Shown here piece after piece: positions 1 to 12,300 of a stretch of DNA of 64,000 bases (the stretch's first letter is position 1; each line of letters starts with the position of its first letter). This DNA is from Squalus acanthias (taxonomy: Eukaryota): the NCBI GenBank assembly GCA_030390025.1, contig JASTWF010000329.1, positions 62,001 through 126,000 of the forward strand, written 5' to 3'. The translations under genes and the position numbers were made by a program. The notes beneath the pieces were generated by a model. That model did no database searches. It was not told the DNA's origin and saw only the letters and a list, made by a program, of their open reading frames with translations.

Positions 1-999
1 TGGTCATGGGACCGGTTTATGCGTCGCCATATTGGAGGAGGAAAGACAAATTGTTTCCATCAGTAATGGGGCGCGTGAGCGGTTACAAGATGGAAAATGT
101 GAATGGTTAAAAGACGGAAAATAAAAGGAAATTAAAAGACAGAGCAAAGTAATATCAGTAAGGAATGATGAGTATTCTTTGATGGTTGGGTCCTGTGAGT
201 GATAACAGCAAGCAGAAGAAGATTGGAGTGTTCGGTCTTTTTATGAGATTTCAGGAAGTGGATGGCTTCTTTTTCCGTGGAAGGGCTGAAGACTGTGGAC
301 AAGGACTATGACTTTACATGGTTCGACAACATCAAATGATATGAGTTAATGGATTGCCAATAGGACTGGCGTAGAACTGGTATTTAATTGTTTTGTTGGG
401 AAGGTTTCAGGTTTTCTGTTTGAAAGCAGTTTACTTGAAGCTTAATTGATTTTCTGATAAGGACTGTGGGAATTTGCACATGGTGATGTATTGGTGGTTA
501 TGTAGGAATTTACTTTGAGGTTATTGTCTAGTGTCTCGATCGAACGAACGAACGCTTGAATGAACGAACGAACAATTGAATGAATGATCGAATGATCGAA
601 CGAACAATGCCAGTAGGACTGGCGTAAAACGGGTTTTTTCTTGGTTTATTGGAATAAGTGTTATCTGTAGCATTTAATTGGATTATGATGGTGCTATGTG
701 TTTGTACACTGGTGTTGAAATACTTTTTGTTTTATGTGGAGTTAACTTTGAGATTTATTATTTTAAATCTAAAAAGTTGTGTGGTATTGTTTAAGGGTAT
801 TTGTACTGTAAACATTATTGATTATTTGTAAAATTAATCATTGCATTTATATTAACTATAAGGCTGTTTTTAAGGCTTTATTTGTTACTGTGATGGATGA
901 ATGTAATGGATTTACTATGTAATGGATTTACTATGTAATTGTTGAGTTGTACAGGTATTATTGTATTTGAATAAAAATATCTTGTTCACACTGGAGGAG

Positions 1000-1350
1000 C
1001 CTAGTGCGCAGGCGCAGTGCCCGCCCGTAGCTGGAGCATGCGCAGTGTCAGTGTGATCAGAGCCATGCGAGTGCAGGGAGCGGGCCGATTTGGGAGACGC
1101 GGTTTTTGATCCGATTACAAATCAGCAGGGCGCAGGGAGGTAACGTACCCGGCGGGTGAGCTTCATAAACACCTGGTGTAGGCCGCAAGCCCGGTATGAG
1201 AACCTACAGGTTCCGTGTTTGCAACTCGGAGGCTTTTTCCCGGCAATAGGCCCGGGTTAACAGCCGCCATCTTTGTAAAGGAAGGCTGCGAGTTTGTGAG
1301 TCGCCATCTTCATTGAGTAGTAGAGCGCATGCGCGGCCATCTTTGTAAAG
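1000..1350 (+). promoter_or_regulatory. CpG-rich promoter of ZNF-A1 with NRF1-like and YY1-like motifs
   Basis: tgcgcaggcgca 1005-1016 and gcgcatgcgc 1325-1334 (NRF1 consensus TGCGCATGCGCA); gccgccatctt 1263-1273, gtcgccatctt 1300-1310, gcggccatctt 1333-1343 (YY1 consensus GCCGCCATCTTG). Confidence 0.7.
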
Positions 1351-1393
1351 GAACCACCAGTGGGCGATACTTCAGGACGTGGCTTCAGGATCT

Positions 1394-1918
1394 CAGTGAG
1401 TGAACTGAACCCAGCCAGAGTCAGCACCTTCAGGGGAGGGGAACCAGTGAGTGTAGAACTGAACCCAGCCAGAGTCAGCACCTTCAGGGGAGGAGAACCA
1501 GTGAGTGTAGAACTGAACCCAGCCAGAGTCAGCACCTTCAGGGGAGGAGAGGGAGGGGAACCAGTGAGTGTAGAACTGAACCCAGCCAGAGTCAGCACCT
1601 TCAGGGGAGGAGAGGGAGGGGAACCAGTGAGTGTAGAACTGAACCCAGCCAGAGTCAGCACCTTCAGGGGAGGAGAGGGAGGGGAACCAGTGAGTGTGGA
1701 ACTGAACCCAGCCAGACTCAGCACCTTCAGGGGAGGAGAGGGAGGGGAACCAGTGATTGTAGAACTGAACCCAGCCAGAGTCAGCACCTTCAGGGGAGGA
1801 GAGGGAGGGGAACCAGTGAGTGAAGAACTGAACCCAGCCAGAGTCAGCACCTTCAGGGGAGGAAAGGGAGGGGAACCAGTGAGTGTAGAACTGAACCCAG
1901 CCAGAGTCAGCACCTTCA
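1394..1918 (+). repeat. 63-bp minisatellite (~9 units) upstream of ZNF-A1 exon
   Basis: Unit cagtgagtgtagaactgaacccagccagagtcagcaccttcaggggaggagagggaggggaac; starts at 1499, 1562, 1625 and so on; first two units shorter. Confidence 0.95.
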
Positions 1919-2097
1919 GTGTGTTGGAGATGGTGCGATGGGTTTGGATTTTAGCACAGGGAGGAGGGAGAGTGTGTTGGATGGAGATTTACAGCTTTGG
2001 GGGAACAAGAGAGGAAAGAATGTTCCATAGAAACTAGAATTGTCTGTTCTGAATTTCTATCCTACTTAGTGATGTCTTTTGTAAACTCCTTTTACAG

Positions 2098-2967
2098 GCT
2101 GTGAGAAGGGGAGGATTTACAGACAGGAAACTCAAACCAAACATCATTTTAAGATCTGACAGAGTCACTCCATTCATCAGGACCTGAATATCATCGGCCT
2201 TTGAATGTGGAAGGAGAAATGTTTGTCTGTTTTGTCTGTGGGAAAAGATTTCAAACATCAGTGTGACTGGAAAAGCACCGAGACACACACACCCTAGTGA
2301 GAGTGTTCCAGTGCACTGACTGTGGAAAGAGCTTTAACCAGTTACACAGTCTGAAAAAACATCGCATCGTTCACAGCGGGGAGAAACCGTACACGTGTTC
2401 TGTGTGTGGGCGAGGCTTCAACTGATCGTCCAACCCGAAGAGACACAAGGACACCCGCACCACGGAGAAACCGTGGAAATGTGGGGACTGTGGGCAGGGA
2501 TTCAATTACCCATCCCAGCTGGAAGCTCATCAACGCAGTCACACTGGGGAGAGACTGTTCACGTGCTCTGAGTGTGGGAACAGATTCGCTCGGTCATCCC
2601 ACCTGCTGACACACCAGCGACTTCACAGTGGGGAGAGGCCGTTCACCTGCTCTGTGTGTGGGAAGGGATTCACTAACTCCTCCAGCCTCATGTCACACCA
2701 ACGCGTTCACACTGACAAGAGAGCTTTTAAATGTTCTGAGTGTGAGAAGAACTTTAAAAGCACAAGGGATCTTCTGACACTCCAGCGAGTTCACACTGGG
2801 GAGAGGCCGCCACCTGCTCCCTGTGTGGGAACGGTTTTACTCAGCCATCCCAGCTGCTGACACACCAGCGAGTTCACACTGGAGAGAGGTCGTTCACCTG
2901 CTCCCTGTGTGGGAAGGAATTCACTCGGTCATCCACCCTGCTGAGACACCAGCGAGTTCACAAGTGA
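2098..2967 (+). pseudogene. C2H2 zinc-finger exon ZNF-A1, disrupted
   Basis: Acceptor ccttttacag|g at 2097/2098; ATG 2219; in-frame TGA at 2264 and 2423; fingers with TGERPF-type linkers; frameshift ~2810; terminal HK-TGA 2965-2967. Confidence 0.85.
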
Positions 2968-3195
2968 CAGCAGGGGTTAGATTCTGCTGTTTTTGCTGCT
3001 GTTAATCTCATCCAGGACTGAACCATGTTCATTCTGACAGTTGGAGTTTGTTTCTGCTGATGATAATAACCCCTCTAACTGGGCTGGAGTTTAATATTTT
3101 GCTATTTCAAATAACAGTGTGTCGATATTTGATGTCTCCAAGATAAGAGGAGACTAAATAGATTTGTATCAAGCGAAGATATCGGTAACAGGTCC

Positions 3196-6100
3196 GTGTA
3201 CCTGCCCTGGGATTGTTTGATGGGACAGTGTAGAGGGAGCTTTACTCTATCTAACCCGTGCTGTACCTGCCCTGGGAGTGTTTGATGGGACAATGAAGAG
3301 GGAGCTTTACTCTGTATCTAACCCGTGCTGTACCTGCCCTGGGAGTGTTTGATGGGACAGTGTAGAGGGACCTTTACACTGTATCTAACCCGTGCTGTAC
3401 CTGCCCTGGGAGTGTTTGATGGGACAGTATAGAGGGAGCTTTACTCTATCTAACCCGTGCTGTACCTGCCCTGGGAGTGTTTGATGGGACAGTGTAGAGG
3501 GAGCTTTACTCTTATCTAACCCGTGCTGTACCTGCCCTGGGAGTGTTTGATTGGACAGTGTAGAGGGAGCTTTACTCTGTATTTAACCCGTGCTATACCT
3601 GCCCTGGCAGTGTTTGATGGGACAGTGTAGAGGGAGCTTTACTCTGTATCGAACCCGTGCTGTACCGACCCTGGGAGAGTTTGATGGGACAGCATAGAGC
3701 GAGCTTTACTCTGTATCTAACCCGTGCTGTACCTGCCCTGGGAGTGTTTGATGGGACAGTGTAGAGGGAGCTTTACTCTGTATCTAACCCGTGCTGCACC
3801 TGCCCTGTGAGTGTTTGATGGGATAGTGTCAATGGAGTTTCACTCTGCATCTCACCCGTGCTGTACCTGCCCGGGGAATGTTTGATGGGAGAGTGTAGAG
3901 GGAGCTTTACTCTGTATCTAAACCGTGCTGTACCTGCCCTGGGAGTGTCTGATGGGATAGTGTCAATGGAATTTTACTCTGTATCTAAACCATGCTGTAT
4001 GTGCCCTAAGAGTGTTTGATGGGATAACGTAGAGGGAGTTTTACTCTGTATCTAACCCGTGCTGTACCTGCGCGGGGAATGTTTGATGGGACAGTGTAGA
4101 AGGAGCTTAACACTGTATCTAACCCGTGCTGCACCTGCCCTGGGAGTGTATGATGGGACAGTGTAGAGGGAGCATTACGCTGTATCTAACCCGTGCTGTA
4201 CCGGCCCGAGGAGAGTTTGATGGGACAGTATAGAGCGACCTTTACTCTGTATGTAACCCGTGCTGTACCTACCCTGGGAGTGTTTGATGGGACAGTGTAC
4301 AGGGAGCTTTACTCTGTATCCAACCCGTGCTGTACCTGCCCTGGGAGTGTTTGATGGGACAGTGTAGAGGGAGCTTTACTCTGTATCTAACCCCGTGCTG
4401 TACCTGCCCTGGGAGAGTTTGATGGAACAGTGTGGAGCGAGCTTTACTCTGTATCTAACCCATGCTGTACCTACCCTGGGAGTGTTTGGTGGGACAATGT
4501 AGTGGGAGCTTTACTGTGTATCTAACCCATTCTGTACCTGCCCTGGGAGTGTTTGATGGGATAGTGTAAAGGGAGCTTTACTGTGTATGTAACCCGTGCT
4601 GTACCTGCCCTGGGAGTGTTTGATGGGACAGTGCAGAGGGAGCTTTACTCTGTATCTAACCCGTGCTGTACCTGCCCTGGAAGTGTTTGATGGGACAATG
4701 TAGAGGGAGCTTTACTCTGTATGTAACCTGTGCTGTACCTGCCCTGGGAGTGTTGGATGGGACAGTGCAGAGGGTGCTTTACTCTGTATCTAACCCTTGC
4801 TGTACCTGCCCTGGGAGTGATTGATGGGACAGTGTAGAGGGTGCTTTACTCTGTATCTAACCCTTGCTATACCTGCCCTGGGAGTGTTTGATGGGACAGT
4901 ATAGCGGGAGCTTTACTCTGTAACTAACCCGTGCTGTACCTGCCCTGGAAGTGTTTGATGGGACCGTGCAGAGGGAGTTTTACTCTGTAACTAACCCCTG
5001 CTGTACCATCCCTGGGAGGGTTTGATGTGAGAGTGTAGAGGGAGCTTTACTCTGTATCTAACCCGTGCTGCACCTGCCCTGTGAGTGTTTGATGGGATAG
5101 TGTCAATGGAGTTTCACTCTGTATCTCACCCGTGCTGTACCTGCCCGGGGAATGTTTGATGGGAGAGTGTAGAGGGAGCTTTACTCTCTATCTAAACCGT
5201 GCTGTACCTGCCCTGGGAGTGTCTGATGGGATAGTGTCAATGGAATTTTACTCTGTATCTAAACCATGCTGTATGTGCCCTAAGAGTGTTTGATGGGATA
5301 ACGTAGAGGGAGTTTTACTCTGTATCTAACCCGTGCTGTACCTGCGCGGGGAATGTTTGATGGGACAGTGCAGAAGGAGCTTAACACTGTATCTAACCCG
5401 TGCTGCACCTGCCCTGGGAGTGTATGATGGGACAGTGTAGAGGGAGCATTACTCTGTATCTAACCCGTGCTGTACCGGCCCGAGGAGAGTTTGATGGGAC
5501 AGTATAGAGCGACCTTTACTCTGTATGTAACCCGTGCTGTACCTACCCTGGGAGTGTTTGACGGGACAGTGTACAGGGAGCTTTACTCTGTATCTAACCC
5601 GTGCTGTACCTGCCCTGGGAGTGTTTGATGGGACAGTGTAGAGGGAGCTTTACTCTGTATCTAACCCCGTGCTGTACCTGCCCTGGGAGAGTTTGATGGA
5701 ACAGTGTGGAGCGAGCTTTACTCTGTATCTAACCCATGCTGTACCTACCCTGGGAGTGTTTGGTGGGACAATGTAGTGGGAGCTTTACTGTGTATCTAAC
5801 CCATTCTGTACCTGCCCTGGGAGTGTTTGATGGGATAGTGCAAAGGGAGCTTTACTGTGTATGTAACCCGTGCTGTACCTGCCCTGGGAGTGTTTGATGG
5901 GACAGTGCAGAGGGAGCTTTACTCTGTATCTAACCCGTGCTGTACCTGCCCTGGAAGTGTTTGATGGGACAATGTAGAGGGAGCTTTACTCTGTATGTAA
6001 CCTGTGCTGTACCTGCCCTGGGAGTGTTGGATGGGACAGTGCAGAGGGAGCTTTACTCTGTATCTAACCCTTGCTGTACCTGCCCTGGGAGTGATTGATG

Positions 6101-8640
6101 GGACAGTGTAGAGGGTGCTTTACTCTGTATCTAACCCTTGCTGTACCTGCCCTGGGAGTGTTTGATGGGACAGTGTAGAGGGTGCTTTACTCTATATCTA
6201 ACCCTTGCTGTACCTGCCCTGGGAGTGTTTGATGGGACAGTGTAGCGGGAGCTTTACTCTGTATCTAACCTGTGCTGTAGATGCCCTGGGACTGTTTGAT
6301 GGGACAGTGTAGAGGGAGCTATACTCTATATTTAACCCGTGCTGTACCTGCCCAGGCAGTGTTTGATGGGACAGTGTCGAGGGAGCTTTACTCTGTATCT
6401 GACCCGTGCTGTACCTGCCCTGGGAGTGTTTCATGGGACCGTGTAGAGGGAGTTTTACTCTGTAACTAACCCCTGCTGTACCATCCCTGGGAGGGTTTGA
6501 TGTGAGAGTGTAGAGGGAGCTTTACTCTGTATCTAACCCGTGCTGCACCTGCCCTGTGAGTGTTTGATGGGATAGTGTCAATGGAGTTTCACTCTGTATC
6601 TCACCCGTGCTGTACCTGCCCGGGGAATGTTTGATGGGAGAGTGTAGAGGGAGCTTTACTCTCTATCTAAACCGTGCTGTACCTGCCCTGGGAGTGTTTG
6701 ATGGAACAGTACAGAGCGAGCTTTACTCTGTATCTAACCCATGCTGTACCTACCCTGGGAGTGTTTGATGGAACAGCACAGAGCGAGCTTTACTCTGTAT
6801 CTAACCCATGCTGTACCTACCCTGGGAGTGTTTGATGGGATAGTGTAAAGGGAGATTTACTGTGTATGTAACCCGTGCAGTACCTGCCCTGGGAGTGTTT
6901 GATGGGACAGTGTAGAGGGTGCTTTACTCTGTATCTAACCCTTGCTGCACCTGCCCTGGGAGTGTTTGATGGGACAGTATAGCGGGAGCTTTACTCTGTA
7001 ACTAACCCGTGCTGTACCTGCCCTGGGAGTGTTTGGTGGGACAGTGCAGAGGGAGCTTTACTCTGTATCTAACACGTGCTGTACCTGCCCTAGGAATGTC
7101 AGATGGGATAATGTAGAGGGAGTTTTACTCTTTATCTAACCCGTGCTGTAGATGCCCTGGGACTGTTTGATGGGACAGTGTAGAGGAAGCTTTACTCTGT
7201 ATCTAACCCCGTGCCGTACCTGCCCTGGAAGTGTTTGATGGGACAGTGTAGAGGGAGCTTTACTCTGTATTTAACCCGTGCTGTACCTGCCCTGGGAGTG
7301 TTTGATGGGACAGTGTCGAGGGAGCTTTACTCTTTATCTAACCCGTGCTGTACCTGCCCTGCGAGTGTTTGATGGGACAGTGTAGAGGGAGCTTTACTCT
7401 GTAGCTAACCCGTGCTGTACCTGCCCTGGGAGTGTTTGCTGGGACAATGTAGAGGGAGCTTTACTCTGTATCTAACCCGTGCTGTACCTACCCTGGGAGT
7501 GTTTGGTGGGACAATGTAGCGGGAGCTTTACTCTGTATCCAAACCATGCTGTACCTGCCCTAGGAGTGTTTGATGAGACAGTATAGAGGGAGCTTTACTC
7601 TGTATCTAACCCGTGGTGTACCTGCCCTGGGTGTGTTTGATGGGATAGTGTAAAGGAAGCTTTACTCTGTATGTTGCCTGTGCTGTACCTGCCCTGGAAG
7701 TGTTTGATGGGACAGTGCAGAGGGAGCTTTACTCTGTATCGAACCTGTGCTGTACCTGCCCTCGGAGTGTTTGATGGGACAGTGTAGAGGAAGCTTTACT
7801 CGATATTTATCCCGTGCTGTACCTGCCCTGGGAGTGTTTGATGGGACAGTGTAGAGGGAGCTTTACTCTGTCTGTAACCTGTGCTGTACCTGCCCTGGGA
7901 GTGTTTGATGGGACAGTATAGAGCGTGCTTTACTCTGTATCTAACCTGTGCTGTACCTCTCCTGGGAGTGTTTGGTGGGACAGAGCAGAGGGAGCTTTAC
8001 TCTGTATCTGACCCGTGCTGTACCTGCCCTTGGAGTGCTTGATGGGACAGTGCAGAGGGAGCTTTACTCTGTCTCTAACCCCGTGCTGTACCTGCCCTGG
8101 GAGTGTTTGATGGCACAGTATAGAGCGAGCTTTACTCTGTATCTAACCCGTGCTGTACGTATCCTGGGAGTGTTTGGTGGGACAGAGCAGAGAGAGCTTT
8201 ACTCTGTATCTAACCCGTGCTGTAACTGTCCTGGGAGTGCTTGATGGGACAATGTAGAGGGAGCTTTACTCTGTATTTAACCTGTGCTGTACCTGCCCTG
8301 GCAGTGGTTGATGGGACAGTGTAGAGGGAGCCTTACTCTGTATCTAACCTGTGCTGTACCTGCCCTGGGAGTGTTTGATGGGACAGTGCAGTGGGAGCTT
8401 GACTCTGTATCTAACCCGTGCTGTACCTGCCCTGGGACTGTTTGATGAGACAGTATAGAGGGAGCTTTACTCTGTATCTAACCTGTGCTGTACCTGCCCT
8501 GGGAGTGTTTGATGGGACAGTGTCGAGGGAGCTTTACTCTGTATCTAACCCCGTGCTGTACCTGCCCTGGGAGTGTTTGGTGGGACAGTGCAGTGGGAGC
8601 TTTACTCTGTATTTAACCCGTGCTGTACCTGCCCTGGGAG
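3196..8640 (+). repeat. 67-bp satellite array (~80 units)
   Basis: Unit gggagtgtttgatgggacagtgtagagggagctttactctgtatctaacccgtgctgtacctgccct; period 67 (3341 to 3408). Confidence 0.98.
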
Positions 8641-8644
8641 TCTT

Positions 8645-9120
8645 TAAAATAAATATAAACTAAAAGACTAATGAAATGTTAATGCTTATGACTAGAGGTC
8701 TAGAATATAGAGGGGAGGAAGTTTTGCTCCAGCTGTACAAAGCCCTGGTTAGACCACATCTGGAGCACTGTGGACCGTTCTGGGCCCCGCACCTTAGAAA
8801 GAATAGATTGGCCTTGGAAGGAGTGCAGTGCAGATTCACCAGCATGTTACCAGGGCTCCAAGGGTTAAACTATTGAGAGTTTACAGAAATGAAGCTTGTA
8901 TTCCTGGATTATAGAAAGTTGAGGCTGATTTGATTGAGGTTTTGAGGATTTTGGATCAATTGCGAGGGTCGATGGAGAGAAACTCTTTCCACTGGTGGGG
9001 AGTCTGGGACGAGGGGACAGAACCTTAAAATCCGAGCCAGGCCCTTCAGGAGAGAAGCTGGAAACTCTTCTCCACACAAAGGATGGTGGAAGTGTGGAGC
9101 TCTCTCACAATAAGCAGGCG
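8645..9120 (+). mobile_element. Degraded CR1 LINE fragment (RT C-terminus)
   Basis: Translation LLQLYKALVRPHLEHCGPFWAPHLRK...LEGVQCRFTSMLPGL, typical of the CR1 ORF2 C-terminus. Confidence 0.9.
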
Positions 9121-9321
9121 ATGCTCGCTCACTGAATAACTTTGGGCCGGTTGTGGTTTCTCCCCATTGTCCCGGTGCTTGTTCCCTTGGATTGGTTCTT
9201 CATTTGTTCCCTTTGGTTTGGTTTCAGTTTCACTGCTGGACCCACCACTCAAAGCACTTTGTCTGATCTTCCCCCGGGAATGAGCAGACTCCTCCCTCAC
9301 CCCCCACACTGCACCATCTCT

Positions 9322-12300
9322 CCCCGGGGTGTGTCCACACTCTGGGCCTTGGGCCTTGCCCGGGGATTCTCAGTATGAACAGGTGGGGTGTGTTTTGAGA
9401 CAGGGTGTCCCCGCTCTCCTCCTCTTTTCCCCCGGGGTGTGTCCACACTCTGGGCCTTGGGCCTTGCCCGGGGATTCTCAGTATGAACAGGTGGGGTGTG
9501 TTTTGAGACAGGGTGTCCCCGCTCTCCTCCTCTTTTCCCCGGGGTGTGTCCACACTCTGGGCCTTGGGCCTTGCCCGGGGATTCTCAGTATGAACAGGTG
9601 GGGTGTGTTTTGAGACAGGGTGTCCCCGCTCTCCTCCTCTTTCCCCCGGGGTGTGTCCACACTCTGGGCCTTGGGCCTTGCCTGGGGATTCTCAGTATGA
9701 ACAGGTGGGGTGTGTTTTGAGACAGGGTGTCCCCGCTCTCCTCTTTTCCCCGGGGTGTGTCCACACTCTGGGCCGTGTCCACACTCTGGGCCTTGGGCCT
9801 TGCCCGGGGATTCTCAGTATGAACAGGTGAGGTATGTGTTGAGACAGGGTGTCCCCGCTCTCCTCCTCTTTTCCCCCGGGGTGTGTCCACACTCTGGGCC
9901 TTGGGCCTTGCCCGGAGATTCTCAGTATGAACAGGTGGGGTGTGTTTTGAGACAGGGTGTCCCCGCTCTCCTCCTCTTTTCCCCGGGGTGTGTCCACACT
10001 CTGGGCCTTGGGCCTTGCCCGGGGATTCTCAGTATGAACAGCTGGGGTGTGTTTTGAGACAGGGTGTCCCCGCTCTCCTCCTTTTTCCCCCGGGGTGTGT
10101 CCACACTCTGGGCCGTGTCCACACTCTGGGCCTTGGGCCTTGCCCGGGGATTCTCAGTATGAACAGGTGGGGTGTGTTTTGAGACAGGGTGTCCCCGCTC
10201 TCCTCCTCTTTTCCCCCGTGGTGTGTCCACACTCTGGGCCTTGGGCCTTGCCCGGGGATTCTCAGTATGAACAGGTGGGGTGTGTTTTGAGACAGGGTGT
10301 CCCCGCTCTCCTCCTCTTTCCCCGGGGTGTGTCCACACTCTGGGCCTTGGGCCTTGCCCGGGGATTCTCAGTATGAACAGGTGGGGTGTGTTTTGAGACA
10401 GGGTGTCCCCGCTCTCCTCCTCTTTCCCCCGGGGTGTGTCCACACTCTGGGCCTTGGGCCTTGCCTGGGGATTCTCAGTATGAACAGGTGGGGTGTGTTT
10501 TGAGACAGGGTGTCCCCGCTCTCCTCTTTTCCCCGGGGTGTGTCCACACTCTGGGCCGTGTCCACACTCTGGGCCTTGGGCCTTGCCCGGGGATTCTCAG
10601 TATGAACAGGTGAGGTATGTGTTGAGACAGGGTGTCCCCGCTCTCCTCCTCTTTTCCCCGGGGTGTGTCCACACTCTGGGCCTTGGGCCTTGCCCGGGAT
10701 TCTCAGTATGAACAGGTGGGGTGTGTTTTGAGACAGGGTGTCCCCGCTCTCCTCCTCTTTTCCCCGGGGTGTGTCCACACTCTGGGCCTTGGGCCTTGCC
10801 CGGGGATTCTCAGTATGAACAGGTGGGGTGTGTGTTGAGACAGGGTGTCTCCGCTCTCCTCCTCTTTTCCCCGGGGTGTGTCCACACTCTGGGCCTTGGG
10901 CCTTGCCCGGGGATTCTCAGTATGAACAGGTGGGGTGTGTTTTGAGACAGGGTGTCTCCGCTCTCCTCCTCTTTTCCCCGGGGTGTGTCCACACTCTGGG
11001 CCTTGGGCCTTGCCCGGGGATTCTCAGTATGAACAGGTGGGGTGTGTTTTGAGACAGGGTGTCCCCGCTCTCCTCCTCTTTTCCCCGGGGTGTGTCCACA
11101 CTCTGGGCCTTGGGCCTTGCCCGGGGATTCTCAGTATGAACAGGTGGGGTGTGTTTTGAGACAGGGTGTCCCCGCTCTCCTCCTCTTTCCCCTGGGGTGT
11201 GTCCACACTCTGGGCCTTGGGCCTTGCCCGGGGATTCTCAGTATGAACAGGTGGGGTGTGTTTTGAGACAGGGTGTCCCCGCTCTCCTCCTCTTTTCCCC
11301 GGGGTGTGTCCACACTCTGGGCCTTGGGCCTTGCCCGGGGATTCTCAGTATGAACAGGTGGGGTGTGTTTTGAGACAGGGTGTCCCCGCTCTCCTCCTCT
11401 TTCCCCGGGGTGTGTCCACACTCTGGGCCTTGGGCCTTGCCCGGGGATTCTCAGTATGAACAGGTGGGGTGTGTTTTGAGACAGGGTGTCCCCGCTCTCC
11501 TCCTCTTTTCCCCGGGGTGTGTCCACACTCTGGGCCTTGGGCCTTGCCCGGGGATTCTCAGTATGAACAGGTGGGGTGTGTTTTGAGACAGGGTGTCTCC
11601 GCTCTCCTCCTCCTTTTCCCCGGGGTGTGTCCACACTCTGGGCCTTGGGCCTTGGGCCTTGCCTGGGGATTCTCAGTATGAACAGGTGGGGTGTGTTTTG
11701 AGACAGGGTGTCCCCGCTCTCCTCCTCTTTTCCCCGGGGTGTGTCCACACTCTGGGCCTTGGCCTTGCCGGGATTCTCAGTATGAACAGGTGGGGTGTGT
11801 TTTGAGACAGGGTGTCCCCGCTCTCCTCCTCTTTCCCCGGGGTGTGTCCACACTCTGGGCCTTGGGCCTTGCCTGGGGATTCTCAGTATGAACAGGTGGG
11901 GTGTGTTTTGAGACAGGGTGTCCCCGCTCTCCTCCTCTTTCCCCGGGGTGTGTCCACACTCTGGGCCTTGGGCCTTGCCCGGGGATTCTCAGTATGAACA
12001 GGTGGGGTGTGTTTTGAGACAGGGTGTCCCCGCTCTCCTCCTCTTTCCCCGGGGTGTGTCCACACTCTGGGCCTTGGGCCTTGCCTGGGGATTCTCAGTA
12101 TGAACAGGTGGGGTGTGTTTTGAGACAGGGTGTCCCCGCTCTCCTCCTCTTTTCCCCGGGGTGTGTCCACACTCTGGGCCTTGGCCTGCGGGATTCTCAG
12201 TATGAACAGGTGGGGTGTGTTTTGAGACAGGGTGTCCCCGCTCTCCTCCTCTTTCCCCGGGGTGTGTCCACACTCTGGGCCTTGGGCCTTGCCCGGGGAT

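Larger units (their letters stand above)
1..3200 (+). repeat. Segmental duplicate of ~32833-36720 (spacer + promoter + ZNF-A unit)
   Basis: Window start tggtcatgggaccggtttatgcgtcgccatattgg recurs at 32833 and stays collinear through promoter, 63-bp repeat, ZNF exon and satellite junction, apart from a ~450-bp deletion near 535. Confidence 0.95.

Noticed and set aside
1257..2037. 218/225-aa repetitive ORFs (also 34526-35285)
   Set aside because: Produced by a 63-bp unit that happens to lack stops. They have non-ATG starts, and copy number collapses to 2 units in one paralog.
2264..2425. Selenocysteine reading of the conserved TGA codons
   Set aside because: The TGAs fall at helix positions where Arg (CGA) is plausible, not at Cys positions, and I could not identify a SECIS element.
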